Origin: Gemmatimonadales bacterium
GTDB lineage: Bacteria; Gemmatimonadota; Gemmatimonadetes; Gemmatimonadales; GWC2-71-9
Direction of reading: 5' to 3'
Assembly (NCBI GenBank): GCA_965249575.1
Contig: OZ252244.1
Span: 832,001 to 896,000, forward strand
Length of the DNA: 64,000 nt
A model generated the notes under the pieces. That model had not been told where the DNA came from, searched no databases, and worked only from the letters and a program-made list of their open reading frames with translations. The number at the start of each line of letters is the position of its first letter. Position 1 is the first letter of the stretch. The translations under genes and the position numbers were made by a program. Of this stretch, positions 40,565 to 50,708 are shown piece by piece.

Positions 40565-41379
40565 CCCTTGACGGCGCCGGAGGTCAGCCCACCAACGATT
40601 CGCCGCTGAAAGACGAGCACAAGAGCGGCGACCGGCAGGGTGGCCACCATGGCAGCAGCGAGGATCTGACCCCACGGCACCCGATACTGCCCCCGAAAGA
40701 GCGCGATGGCGACTGGGACCGTGTGCCGCTCGCGATCGAGCGTGAATGAAAGCGCAAAAAGGAACTCGTTCCAGCAATACACAAAGGTGAGAATCGCGGT
40801 CGCCACGAGCCCAGGCCACGATAGGGGGAGAATGACCTCACGAAACACCCGGAGCCGCCCCGCCCCGTCGACTAGCGCCGCGTGTTCGAGCTCCGCCGGC
40901 AGTTGACGGAAGAATCCAACCAGCAGCCAGACCGTCAACGGCATTGCGAACGTCAGGTACGGCAGCACCAGTCCAGGATACGTGTTGATCAGGCGCAGCT
41001 CCCGGAGTAGTAGGTAAAGCGGCGACAGGATAGCGATCTGCGGGAACATCGCCGTGACCAGGATGGATCCGAGCAACAGCGTCTTGCCCCGGAAGTTCAA
41101 GCGGGCTACCGCGTACGCACAAAAAGATCCAAGCACGAGGCAGAGCGCCGTCGTGCTGCCTGCCACGACGAGCGAGTTCCGGATGGGAACCCAGAAGTTC
41201 TGTTCCGTGAACAGCGCCCGGTAGTGATCCAGCACCAACGACGCCGGAAACAGGCGAGGCTCTTCGAAGAGCCCGGCCTCGGGTGTGAACGACGAGACTA
41301 GCGCCCAGTAGAAGGGGAATACCATTGCCGCGATCAGCATTATGCCCAGGGCTGCGATACCTGCCCGCCCGCTTTTCAC
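40561..41379 (-). CDS. Carbohydrate ABC transporter permease (MalG/SugB-like)
   Basis: EAA-like ELEHAALVDGA, WNEFLFAL. Confidence 0.92.
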   Translation of the reverse strand: MKSGRAGIAALGIMLIAAMVFPFYWALVSSFTPEAGLFEEPRLFPASLVLDHYRALFTEQNFWVPIRNSLVVAGSTTALCLVLGSFCAYAVARLNFRGKTLLLGSILVTAMFPQIAILSPLYLLLRELRLINTYPGLVLPYLTFAMPLTVWLLVGFFRQLPAELEHAALVDGAGRLRVFREVILPLSWPGLVATAILTFVYCWNEFLFALSFTLDRERHTVPVAIALFRGQYRVPWGQILAAAMVATLPVAALVLVFQRRIVGGLTSGAVKG

Positions 41380-42281
41380 TCGGTGCCTTCTTGCAGTCCG
41401 ACATCGAGCACTCGCACGTACAGAACGGCCAGCATCAAGGTCGCTACGAACACCATCACCGCGAGCGCCGAGCCGTATCCGAAGCGCAGGTGTTGGAGGA
41501 GAACGGTGTAGGTATAGAGTGCGATGGGCTCCGTCGCCGTTCCCGGACCACCGCCGCTCATTACGTAGATCAGGTCGAATACTCGAAACGCGTCGAGCGT
41601 ACGAAACATCAGCGCCACCAGCAGGGCGGGCGCGAGCATCGGCACGGTTACGTGCGTGAACTGGCGCCACCCGCCCGCGCCGTCCATCCGCGCGGCTTCG
41701 TAGAGTGAGTCATCGATATTCTGCAGTCCGGCAAGCAGGAGGAGTGCCACGAACGGCGTCGCCTTCCACACGTCGGCCAACACAATCGGGATCCAACTCG
41801 TCACCGCCCCTGCGAACCACGATACGGGATGGTCCACGATTCCAACCGCTGTCAAGGCCAGGTTCGCAACTCCACTCTCGCCGTCGAACATGAACTGCCA
41901 CAGGAGAGCCGCAACGACCGTGGGAATTGCCCAGGGAATCAGGGCGGCCGCCCGGACGAGTCCCCGCCCCCGGTAGACTCGGTTCAGCGTAAGGGCGAGT
42001 GCCATTCCGCCGATCAACTCGAGAGCGACACTGCTTGCCGTGAACAGCACGGTGTGTGCGATGGCGTCCCAAAACCGCGGCTCACCCAACGCCTGGCCGT
42101 AGTTGGCGAGCCCGACGAATGGCTGTCCGCGCCATGGCATCCGAAGGTCGTGGAGATGGATGGACTCCCACACCGTCCACCCAAGCGGAAAGATCGCGAT
42201 GCCGGCAACCGCAACCAGCGCGGGGGCCACCAGCATCCAGGCCAATCCAGTCTGGCGCTGCGCTGCGGAGTCGTTGGCCAA
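41376..42281 (-). CDS. Carbohydrate ABC transporter permease (MalF/SugA-like)
   Basis: PWAIPTVV, DVWKATPF, LYEAARMDGA; TTG start inferred. Confidence 0.92.
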   Translation of the reverse strand: MANDSAAQRQTGLAWMLVAPALVAVAGIAIFPLGWTVWESIHLHDLRMPWRGQPFVGLANYGQALGEPRFWDAIAHTVLFTASSVALELIGGMALALTLNRVYRGRGLVRAAALIPWAIPTVVAALLWQFMFDGESGVANLALTAVGIVDHPVSWFAGAVTSWIPIVLADVWKATPFVALLLLAGLQNIDDSLYEAARMDGAGGWRQFTHVTVPMLAPALLVALMFRTLDAFRVFDLIYVMSGGGPGTATEPIALYTYTVLLQHLRFGYGSALAVMVFVATLMLAVLYVRVLDVGLQEGTE

Positions 42282-42285
42282 GGGC

Positions 42286-43623
42286 CTACGTGCCGCCCGG
42301 GTGACGTCTCGCCAGGTCAACGCGATCCAGCAACCAGCGCATCTCGCCGGCGGCCGCGAGGAGCGCATCTCTTGGCGCGACCTGAAGGCTCAAGGCGCGA
42401 TGGAGCCAAACCTGGAGGATCCCGGAGAGCTCCGTGTAGACAGGCGTCACAGGCCGGGGAACGGCGCTCTCGACCAGTTGGCGCGCACGCTCGGGCCGCA
42501 CCGGGAGTGCCTCCTCGAGGGCATCGCCATCATAGAGTGACCTCCGGGTGGGATACTGACCCGCAACGCGGGCGCGCTCGAGCATCTGGGCCGGCTCGGT
42601 CAAGAACTCGATGAGCCGGTAAGCTGCACCAGGGTGGTCGGAATGCGCGTTGATCGCCAACTGCGACCCGCCGAGTGCCGCCGCTGACCGCGCGTCGCGT
42701 TCCGCGGGCATGGGGGCGACCGCGAACTTCCCGGCTACGGTGGACTCGGCCGAGTCCTGAAGCAGCGAGTAGGCGTACGGCCAGTTCCTCATGAACGCCG
42801 CTCGGCCATTCTGAAAGGCAAAGCGGCTCTGCTCCTCCTGCCACGTCAGCACGGCGGCCGGCGTCAGCTCCCGATGGTGGACGGCCTCCACGAGGAAGGT
42901 GAGAGCCCGAACGGCCGCATCCGAGTCAACGTGGATCCCCCCCATGGAGTCCATGAGAGTCCCGCCAAACCCAACCACGTGCTCGAGAAACACCGTTACG
43001 AGTCCCTCGTACCGCGCGCCCTGCCACACGAATCCCAATGGCACATTTCGACGGGCTGCCGTCCCGAACTCCACCAACTCGTCGAAGGTCTCCGGCGCAC
43101 GGGGCATCAAGTCGGTCCGCCAATACAGCATGCCGACATCGACGAACCACGGAAGGGCATAGAGCACGCCATTCCACAGGTTGGCCTCGATCGTCGCGGG
43201 GATGAAGCTGTCGACAGGCGGCGTGAACCGGTCCAGCGGGAACAGCCATCCAGCTGCCGCGAATTCCGGAGTCCAGATAACGTCGAGTTGCAGGATGTCC
43301 GGGTCACTGGCTCGCGCGTTGAGCCACTGGACGTATAACTGATGCCGTTGGTCGGCAGCGTCGGGGGTTCGGCGCTGTACCACGGTGATCCCGGGGTGCA
43401 GTTCCATGAACCGACCCAGCTGCACGCGGAGCACCTCCGCCTCGGTGCCAACCGCGCTCGCTGGGAACGTCACGATGGTCTCGGAGCCGGGACGAGAGCC
43501 GGGCCCTTCGCACCCCCAGAGACCAGCTATCACCACACAGACCGGCACCGTCGGGCGACGCCCGAGCGCGCTGAACGCCGCTCCGCCTCGAGCAGCGGTG
43601 ATTGTTCGCAGGGCCGAGCGCAC
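42286..43623 (-). CDS. Sugar ABC substrate-binding lipoprotein (trehalose/maltose-binding-like)
   Basis: Lipobox LWGC, LDVIWTPEFA, QGARYEGL, FMRNWPYA; start uncertain (43548-43623). Confidence 0.88.
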   Translation of the reverse strand: MRSALRTITAARGGAAFSALGRRPTVPVCVVIAGLWGCEGPGSRPGSETIVTFPASAVGTEAEVLRVQLGRFMELHPGITVVQRRTPDAADQRHQLYVQWLNARASDPDILQLDVIWTPEFAAAGWLFPLDRFTPPVDSFIPATIEANLWNGVLYALPWFVDVGMLYWRTDLMPRAPETFDELVEFGTAARRNVPLGFVWQGARYEGLVTVFLEHVVGFGGTLMDSMGGIHVDSDAAVRALTFLVEAVHHRELTPAAVLTWQEEQSRFAFQNGRAAFMRNWPYAYSLLQDSAESTVAGKFAVAPMPAERDARSAAALGGSQLAINAHSDHPGAAYRLIEFLTEPAQMLERARVAGQYPTRRSLYDGDALEEALPVRPERARQLVESAVPRPVTPVYTELSGILQVWLHRALSLQVAPRDALLAAAGEMRWLLDRVDLARRHPGGT

Positions 43624-43870
43624 GACGGTGTGGAACCTCCCGAGGATTCGGGATCGATGAGGTCGAAGGAGCGGCGGCGACTTGGCGGCCTTGGCCCCCA
43701 CGAACGCCGACCCACTGGACGGGGACCAACGGGATCAATATGATCCGTCATCGAGGTAGCCGCTATCGCGGAGCACTTCGCTGGACGTCGATACCTGGCG
43801 GGCGGGCGCCCGTGGGCGACGTCGCCGATTTCTACCGAGCCTACCCGTCGCACACCCAGCGGGAGTCGTC

Positions 43871-44101
43871 GTGAAGCTCTCGGACACAGCCATTCGCGCG
43901 ATCCTCCCGCTCCAGGGGGCCACGTACATTTGGGTGGTGGCGGATGACAAAGCGTCGCGTCGGGAGGTCGAGACCGGGGTGCGGCGGCCTGGGTTCGTGG
44001 AGGTTCGAAGCGGAATCGCCGTGGGCGACCACGTAGTGGTCGGGGGCCTCGAGCGGTTGTTCGACGGAGCATCCGTAGCGCCACGTATCACCGTCCGCTG
44101 A
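43871..44101 (+). pseudogene. Orphan C-terminal fragment of an RND efflux membrane fusion protein
   Basis: YIWVV.DDKASRREVETG.R..G.VEVRSGIAVGDHVVVGG…L.DGA.V; rest of the gene and the RND pump are absent. Confidence 0.7.
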
Positions 44102-44169
44102 CACGATTCTCAGCTCGCCAGTCCTTTTGTGTGCATGGCCGGGCGCGCCCTTGCCACTGAAAGAAGTGC

Positions 44170-45876
44170 TTACGCTGAAATCTCGTGCGGCACTCCTGCG
44201 TGTCGCGGGACTCGAATCCGATCTACGAGCTGCTGTATTTCCGGCGGCGGCGGCGGGGTAAGGCTCGAGATCGTCCACGAAACGAGGAAGTTCAGCCCCA
44301 TCCCCACCGTACCGATTCCCTCCGGCGAGACCCCAAGCCACCAATGGTCCGCCGTATTCAATTCCGGAGCAAGCACATTAAAGTAGATGATATAGGCGGC
44401 GGTGAAACCGATACCGACGATCATGCCACTTACGGCACCATAGTGGTTTATCCGCTTGGAGAAGATGCCGAGAATGATCGCCGGGAAGAAAGAGGAGGCT
44501 GCCAGTCCGAAGGCAAGCGCCACGACCTCCGCGACGAAACCGGGCGGATTGATGCCGAAATAACCGGCAATAACGACCGCGCAACCGGCCGCCACCCGGG
44601 CCGTAATGAGTTCCCCTCGTTCGCTGATACCCGTGTACATCCCCTTCTTGAGCAGGTCGTGCGCCACTGAGGTCGAGATGACGAGGAGGAGCCCCGCGGC
44701 GGTCGAGAGAGCGGCCGCCAGGCCCCCCGCGGCGACCAAACCGGCCACCCAGGCGGGCAGCCGCGCGATCTCCGGGCTCGCCAGAACCATGATGTCACGA
44801 TCGATAGTGAGCTCGTTTGCGGCGGCTGCCGCTGGTCCGAGATACTGGATGATGCCGTCGCCGTTGTGATCGTCAAACCGCACCAGACCGGTCGTTTCCC
44901 AGTGAGTAAACCACGTAGGTACGTCACTGTACTCGGTGTTCGAGATCGTGGTGAGCAGATTCGTTCGGGCGAACGCCGCGACGGCCGGTGCCGTCGTATA
45001 CAGCAGCGCGACGAAGACGAGCGCCCAGCCAGCGGAGCTTCGCGCCGCCGCCACCTTGGGAACCGTATAGAACCGGACGATGACGTGTGGTAGACCAGCG
45101 GTCCCCACCATGAGGGCGGCAGTGATGAAGAGCACGTCGAGCGTCTCCTTCCGCCCGCTGGTGTACGCTGCAAATCCTAGGTCCTGGCTCAGTGCATCGA
45201 GTTTATCTAAGAGGTAGGTGCCCGACCCGTCGGCCACGGTGCCCCCGAAGCCGATTTGAGGAATGACATGTCCGGTCATGAGTAGCGAAATGAAGATCGC
45301 CGGTACGAGGTATGCGAAGATGAGGACGCAGTACTGCGCTACTTGAGTGTAGGTAATCCCCTTCATGCCGCCGAGCACGGCATAAAAGAACACGATGCCC
45401 ATCCCGATCAATACGCCAGTGTTGATGTCGACGTCGAGAAACCGGGAGAATACGATCCCGACGCCGCGCATCTGTCCGGCGACATATGTGAACGACACGA
45501 AGATCGCACAGACGACCGCGACCACGCGCGCCGTCTGCGAGTAGTAGCGGTCCCCAACAAAATCGGGAACGGTATACTTGCCGAATTTCCGGAGGTAGGG
45601 TGCCAGGAGGAGCGCGAGCAGCACGTACCCGCCAGTCCACCCCATGAGGTATACAGACCCGTCGCGTCCCATGAAGGAGATGAGGCCGGCCATCGAGATG
45701 AACGACGCGGCACTCATCCAATCCGCGGCCGTGGCCATACCATTCAACACCGGCGGCACCCGGCTACCCGCGATGTAAAATTCCCCGGTCGAGCGAGCCC
45801 GAGACCACACGGCCACGGCGATGTACAGGGCAAACGACAGGCCGACCATCACGAATGCCCACCCTTGCACGCTCAC
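44170..45876 (-). CDS. Sodium:solute symporter (ActP-like)
   Basis: NGMATAADWMSAASFIS, GWTGGY, GGMKGITYTQVAQY, GTAGLPH. Confidence 0.92.
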   Translation of the reverse strand: MSVQGWAFVMVGLSFALYIAVAVWSRARSTGEFYIAGSRVPPVLNGMATAADWMSAASFISMAGLISFMGRDGSVYLMGWTGGYVLLALLLAPYLRKFGKYTVPDFVGDRYYSQTARVVAVVCAIFVSFTYVAGQMRGVGIVFSRFLDVDINTGVLIGMGIVFFYAVLGGMKGITYTQVAQYCVLIFAYLVPAIFISLLMTGHVIPQIGFGGTVADGSGTYLLDKLDALSQDLGFAAYTSGRKETLDVLFITAALMVGTAGLPHVIVRFYTVPKVAAARSSAGWALVFVALLYTTAPAVAAFARTNLLTTISNTEYSDVPTWFTHWETTGLVRFDDHNGDGIIQYLGPAAAAANELTIDRDIMVLASPEIARLPAWVAGLVAAGGLAAALSTAAGLLLVISTSVAHDLLKKGMYTGISERGELITARVAAGCAVVIAGYFGINPPGFVAEVVALAFGLAASSFFPAIILGIFSKRINHYGAVSGMIVGIGFTAAYIIYFNVLAPELNTADHWWLGVSPEGIGTVGMGLNFLVSWTISSLTPPPPPEIQQLVDRIRVPRHAGVPHEISA

Positions 45877-45879
45877 GAG

Positions 45880-46355
45880 GGCTCGCCGGGGGCGGCGGCA
45901 GCGTGTCAGGGACGTCCCAGACGACCGACGCGAGTGGCTTTGCGGCCGTTGGCAACTGGACCATGGGACCCGCGAGGGGTCCGAACACGCTGACCGCCAC
46001 GTCGGGCACGGTAACCGGCAGCCCGCTCACCCTGACGGTTCAAGGGACCTGGTCGCTGGCGACTCACGTGCAGCCGCAGGTCCTGGACAACTGCCTCGCG
46101 TGCCACGACAATTTTATCGCCCCCGACGTCGGTGACGCCGCGACCTCCTATCAAACGCTGCTGAACGGCAACGGTACGATGACCAGGTATGTCACGCCCG
46201 GAGACACCCCCAGCGACGGCTCGACCTTCGGTATCCTGTTGTTCAGGCTCAGGAACACCGCGGCTCCCATGCCTCCAGGTACCCCCTTGTCCGTTGCCAA
46301 CCCGACGTTGTATGACCTCATACGCGATTGGGCGCTGGACGGCGCGCTCCCCTGA
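45880..46355 (+). pseudogene. 5'-truncated gene: Ig-like repeat plus c-type cytochrome domain
   Basis: GGGSV…TDASG.A….WT.G…G.NTLTAT Ig-like repeat, CLACH haem motif, MPP, IRDWALDGA; no own start or signal peptide. Confidence 0.65.
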
Positions 46356-46387
46356 GGCTCGAGGTTCCCGGAAACACCGCCAAATCA

Positions 46388-46414
46388 AAGCGCCCGGCCG
46401 ACGGCCGGGCGCTT
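46388..46414. terminator. Intrinsic terminator, possibly bidirectional
   Basis: Perfect inverted repeat AAGCGCCCGGCC-GAC-GGCCGGGCGCTT between convergent genes; T-rich tail on the minus strand. Confidence 0.8.
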
Positions 46415-46436
46415 GGCATTCCGGGTGGCGCGAACT

Positions 46437-47561
46437 TCAAAAACTGTACTCGAGGCCACCCGTCCAGATGAAGTCGGGCTGGAGCGAGACCTTTCGCATC
46501 GGGGCGATGCCGTTGATGACGAGCGTCGTCCCGCCACGCACGGTGAACTTCATCCCTACGGACGCGTTCAAGACGTTCTCCCGTTTCTCCGGCACGGTGG
46601 TGGTCTGCACGCGCCGGGGGCGCGGGAATTCGTAAACCGCCTCGCCCGGCAGCTGAATCTTGTTCTCACCGAGCTGCCATTCTGAAATCAGGTCAAAGGC
46701 CAACGTCGCCCACGGGGTCATGAGCTGATCGAATCCGATCGTCGCCAGGATGGCGTCGTTCTGTCTGGCACCCGTGCGCGCCAGGTACCCCGCATTGATG
46801 TGAGGCGAGAAGCTGCTGAACTGCGCGGCCACGATGGCCAACCCGCGCACGGTGGTCGCCCCACTGCCCAGGAGGTTCGACTCTTCCCCGGTCGGGAACC
46901 GCACGTCGCCGAGGATGGCCGCTCCCACCGAACGGGACTGGCCAAGGTTGATCTTGATCCGGCCGGCCACGTCGCCGATGCCGGTGGCAGTACCGTCGAT
47001 TGCCGCAGCGGCCCGCAGTATCGGGTTCGCCGCGTCCCCACCGAAGAAGTGGAGCAGGGATGGCTCGATTGGGATGACCTGTGCCTCGCTGTTGCCCCGA
47101 ATCGACGTGCGCACGAAGGGGACGGCGACCCCGATGTCGATGAAATCCGTCAGTCCGGCGGTCAGGAATAAGGAGCTCACTAGCAAATCGATATCGAGCG
47201 CCAGATTGACCTCAATGAAATCGTTTTCGAAGTTCGGGTCTCCGAGTCCTGGGCTGCCGATCGACGGCACGTCCTGGTGTACGAGGTTGAGCAAAATATT
47301 GTCGGTGGGCACACCATTCAGGCTGGAGAACTGGATTCCCGTGACGTTGGCCCCGATGAAGAACCGGCCCCGCCCGACCGTTTGCGACCGCTCGCCGAAG
47401 ACCGGCCCCGATGACACCGACGTCTTGACTGGCAATCCGCCAACGATGCTGAAGGTCACACCGCTGCTGGCCGCGCTGATCGGCGTGCTGGCAACGCTGC
47501 GCCCGACCGCCGCGTTGATGAAATCGATGACCGCCTGGTTGCCAGCGGCGCTCGCCGGCAA
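46437..47561 (-). pseudogene. Outer-membrane beta-barrel protein, 5'-truncated
   Basis: C-terminal GLEYSF, GIGD, PTG…LGSG; N-terminus abuts an unrelated fragment and lacks a signal peptide. Confidence 0.65.
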
Positions 47562-47563
47562 GC

Positions 47564-47809
47564 CCGGGAGGCTTTCACAACATCTTCGCGTATCGCCACT
47601 CCGACGGCCGCGCCCTGCTGTTCGCAACAGTCAGCGGTGCGCACGCGAACGTCTATGACATGGAGCGATTTGTGGGTGGCGATCATAACGGGGCACTGAT
47701 CGCACGGATCCCTAATCCGAACCCCGACTCCCGGATTACCATCGGCTATCACGATTTCTACGTCGGCTATGATCCGGCCACCCGGCAGGACAAGTTCTAT
47801 GGCGCTGCC
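47564..47809 (+). pseudogene. Internal fragment of a paralogue of the 20985-22385 protein
   Basis: PGGFHNIFAYRHSDGRALLFAT…GYHDFYVGYDPATRQDKFYG versus PGGFHNIFAYKHSNGRALLFTT…GYHDLYLGYDPATRQDKFYG in the intact gene. Confidence 0.88.
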
Positions 47810-49063
47810 TCAGCGAGAGACGGTACCTGGATCGCTCGCCGAGGCCTCGATCGCCGCCTCCCCCGTAAACAGGCGCTCGACAACGACGGACGTCGCCATG
47901 TGGCCCGTGACGTTGGTGGCGGTGCGGCACATGTCGGGGATCCGGTCGACGCCGAGCAGTACGGCGAGACCCGCGATCGGGACGCCTACCACCTCTAGAG
48001 CCGGCGCCAGCGTCACCACGCCGCTGCTCGGGACTCCGGTCACCGTGAGCGAGACGAAGAACGTCGCCAGGATCGCGCCGCCCACCACGGTCGGCGGAAT
48101 CGTGACGCCGTACAGGGACGCCAGGAAGATGATACTCGCTCCCTGGAAGAGCGCGCTGCCGGCGCGGTTGATGGACGCGCCGAGGGAAAGCACCAGTCCT
48201 GCCACGGGACGGGAAATCCGCAATTCGTCTTGGGCGGACTCCATCATCGCCGGCAGGCTCGCCGCCGAGCTCGTGGTAGAGAACGCAATGACGCTGGGCC
48301 CTACCAACGCGCGCAGAAACAGCCGGACGGGCATGTGTCCCAGGAATCTCACCGCGGGCAGATACACGGCTGCGATGAATATCGTGAGTCCCACAGCGAC
48401 GGTGGCGACGAAGGCGACCAGGCTCTGCAACATCGCCCAACCCGACCTCGCGGTCACCGGCGCGGCCAAGGCAAACACGCCAACTGGTGCAGTCCAGAGA
48501 ATCCAATGCACGAGCCGAATCAGCGCGCCCGTGAGCGCGTCCGCGATCGACATGAGCCGTGCTTTGTGTTCGCCTGGAAGCGTTCCCGTCGCGGCGGCAA
48601 AGAGGATGGTGAATACGATGAGCGGCAGCAGCTCGCCTCTCGCGGCAGCCTCGAAGGGATTGGAGGGAATGAGCCCGAGTAGGAAATCGATGGTGGTGGG
48701 CAACTCTTGCGCAGTCTCCCCCGCCGCGGGCGCTGCCACGGTGACCGGGGCCAGCGGAAGGGCTACCTTCATCAGAACCATACCGATGACGATGGCGATG
48801 AAGGTCGTGACCCAGAAGAACAAGAGCGTGAATCCGCCCAGCCGGCTCAGTTTCCTCGGATCTCCCAGTTGGGCGACGCCGACGAACAGGCTCGTCACGA
48901 CGAGCGGAATTACGACCATGCGCACGAGATTCATGAATGCCGTGCCGATAGGCGTCACTCCCTCGGCGAGGCCGTGGAGCACAGGAGAGCCTGTGGCCGA
49001 GGCCAGCAGGCCGAGCGCCAGGCCGGCAAACAGGCCGAGCGCGATCGCGACGCTACGTGTCAT
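47810..49063 (-). CDS. Dicarboxylate/amino acid:cation symporter (DAACS)
   Basis: AFSTTSSAASLP, GASINRAG, TGVP, VDRIPDMCRTATNVTG. Confidence 0.92.
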   Translation of the reverse strand: MTRSVAIALGLFAGLALGLLASATGSPVLHGLAEGVTPIGTAFMNLVRMVVIPLVVTSLFVGVAQLGDPRKLSRLGGFTLLFFWVTTFIAIVIGMVLMKVALPLAPVTVAAPAAGETAQELPTTIDFLLGLIPSNPFEAAARGELLPLIVFTILFAAATGTLPGEHKARLMSIADALTGALIRLVHWILWTAPVGVFALAAPVTARSGWAMLQSLVAFVATVAVGLTIFIAAVYLPAVRFLGHMPVRLFLRALVGPSVIAFSTTSSAASLPAMMESAQDELRISRPVAGLVLSLGASINRAGSALFQGASIIFLASLYGVTIPPTVVGGAILATFFVSLTVTGVPSSGVVTLAPALEVVGVPIAGLAVLLGVDRIPDMCRTATNVTGHMATSVVVERLFTGEAAIEASASDPGTVSR

Positions 49064-49167
49064 CGTCCACCGAGAAGCAGTAGATCCTCGAGATCGAGAG
49101 ATGGAAGCAGGAAGCGACGTGTCAGCCGCCCGCGACTTTAACACCAACTTCGGTTGAGAGCAACGGC

Positions 49168-50691
49168 TTGCTACCTATAGACTTCCTCTACCGGGGCCTG
49201 CGGCGCAACCCGTCGGCGGTCGCCGTTCGTGGGGGGGGCGAGACCCTCACGTACCACGAGTTCGTCACCAGGGTGGAGGCGTTGGCCGCCGGCCTCCAGG
49301 ACACCGATCCGAATCCCCATTCGCGGGTGGGGATCTGCGCCTATAACACCATCGAGCACATGACCGCGCTGCTCGCCACCTACGCCGCCGGGAAGGTGTG
49401 GGTCCCGCTCAACCCGCGAAACGGCAAGGCCGAGCTCGACGCGACCATCGAATCGGTACAGGTCTCACTCATCGTCGCCGACGAGTCGTGCCTCGACCGT
49501 TTCAGTCGACCCGACGTTCCACTGATCGTGGGCCGAACCACGACATCCCCGAAGGCGCGAGACACGGTGGCTGGACTGATTGATCGGTTTCGCGGACGCG
49601 CGCCTCAACGCCTTCATCCGTCCCTCGACGGCGCTCAGGCGATCAAGCATACCGGCGGGTCGACTGGCCGACCGAAGGGCGTGATCCAGCCCTACCGCTG
49701 CATCAACACGCAGGCCGTTAGCGTGCTTCACGCGTTCGACTACGACCAACAGGAATGCAACCTCATCGCCGCACCACTCACGCACGGAACGTCGTGCTTC
49801 GTCCTTCCGGTCTTTGCCCAGGGAGGGCAGCAGGTCTTGCTGGAGACGCCGACGCCGGCCACGATTCTCGACGCGTTCGTGGAGTACGGTGTCACCACCG
49901 TCTTTCTCCCGCCGACCCTCATTCACATGCTCATGGCGGAGCCCGGTGTTGAATCCGGGTCGTGGAGCGCCCTTCGGCACATGATCTATTCGGCCGCCCC
50001 AATGACACCGGAAAAGATTACCGCGGCTCGAGAGATCTTCGGTAACGTGATCGAGACAGCCTACGGGCAGGTCGAGGCCCCAGGAATCATCACCGCGATG
50101 CGGGCTGCCGAGCTTTCGCCGGACACGCTCGCGTCGGTCGGGCGATCTAGTCTGCTCACGCGCGTGGAGATCATGGGGCCGGACGGCGCGTTACTGCCGG
50201 CGGGGGAGCTAGGGGAGGTCGTCGTCCGGGGTGATTTGGTGATGTCGGGATACCTCGACATGCCCGACCGCACGGCGCAAGCCATCGGGGATGGCTGGCT
50301 GCACACAGGCGACCTCGGCGCGCTGGACGACCGAGGGTACCTGTACCTCAAGAGCAGAATGAGCGATATGATCATCAGTGGCGGCTTCAACGTCTATCCG
50401 GCGGACGTCGAATCCGCTCTTTCCGGACACCCGGCGGTCTATGAATGCTGCGTCTACGGAGTGGAAGATGACAAATGGGGCGAGGCCGTCCATGCCGCCG
50501 TGCGGCTGCACCGAGACCGCGTGGCAACCGAAATCGAGCTGATCACGTTCGTCAAGCAACGCCTCGACTCAGTGAAGGCACCGAAACGGATTCACCTCGT
50601 CGAAGACCTGCCGCGGAACCCCGTCGGTAAAGTGTCGAGGCGTAGCGTTCGGAAGGCGATGCAGCACATACTAGCGGTCAAAGACGAGTAG
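49168..50691 (+). CDS. AMP-binding acyl-CoA ligase
   Basis: HTGGSTGRPKG, YGQVE, WLHTGDLG, ISGGFNVYP, LPRNPVGK. Confidence 0.9.
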   Translation: MLPIDFLYRGLRRNPSAVAVRGGGETLTYHEFVTRVEALAAGLQDTDPNPHSRVGICAYNTIEHMTALLATYAAGKVWVPLNPRNGKAELDATIESVQVSLIVADESCLDRFSRPDVPLIVGRTTTSPKARDTVAGLIDRFRGRAPQRLHPSLDGAQAIKHTGGSTGRPKGVIQPYRCINTQAVSVLHAFDYDQQECNLIAAPLTHGTSCFVLPVFAQGGQQVLLETPTPATILDAFVEYGVTTVFLPPTLIHMLMAEPGVESGSWSALRHMIYSAAPMTPEKITAAREIFGNVIETAYGQVEAPGIITAMRAAELSPDTLASVGRSSLLTRVEIMGPDGALLPAGELGEVVVRGDLVMSGYLDMPDRTAQAIGDGWLHTGDLGALDDRGYLYLKSRMSDMIISGGFNVYPADVESALSGHPAVYECCVYGVEDDKWGEAVHAAVRLHRDRVATEIELITFVKQRLDSVKAPKRIHLVEDLPRNPVGKVSRRSVRKAMQHILAVKDE

Positions 50692-50708
50692 AATGTGGAG
50701 GGACAGCG

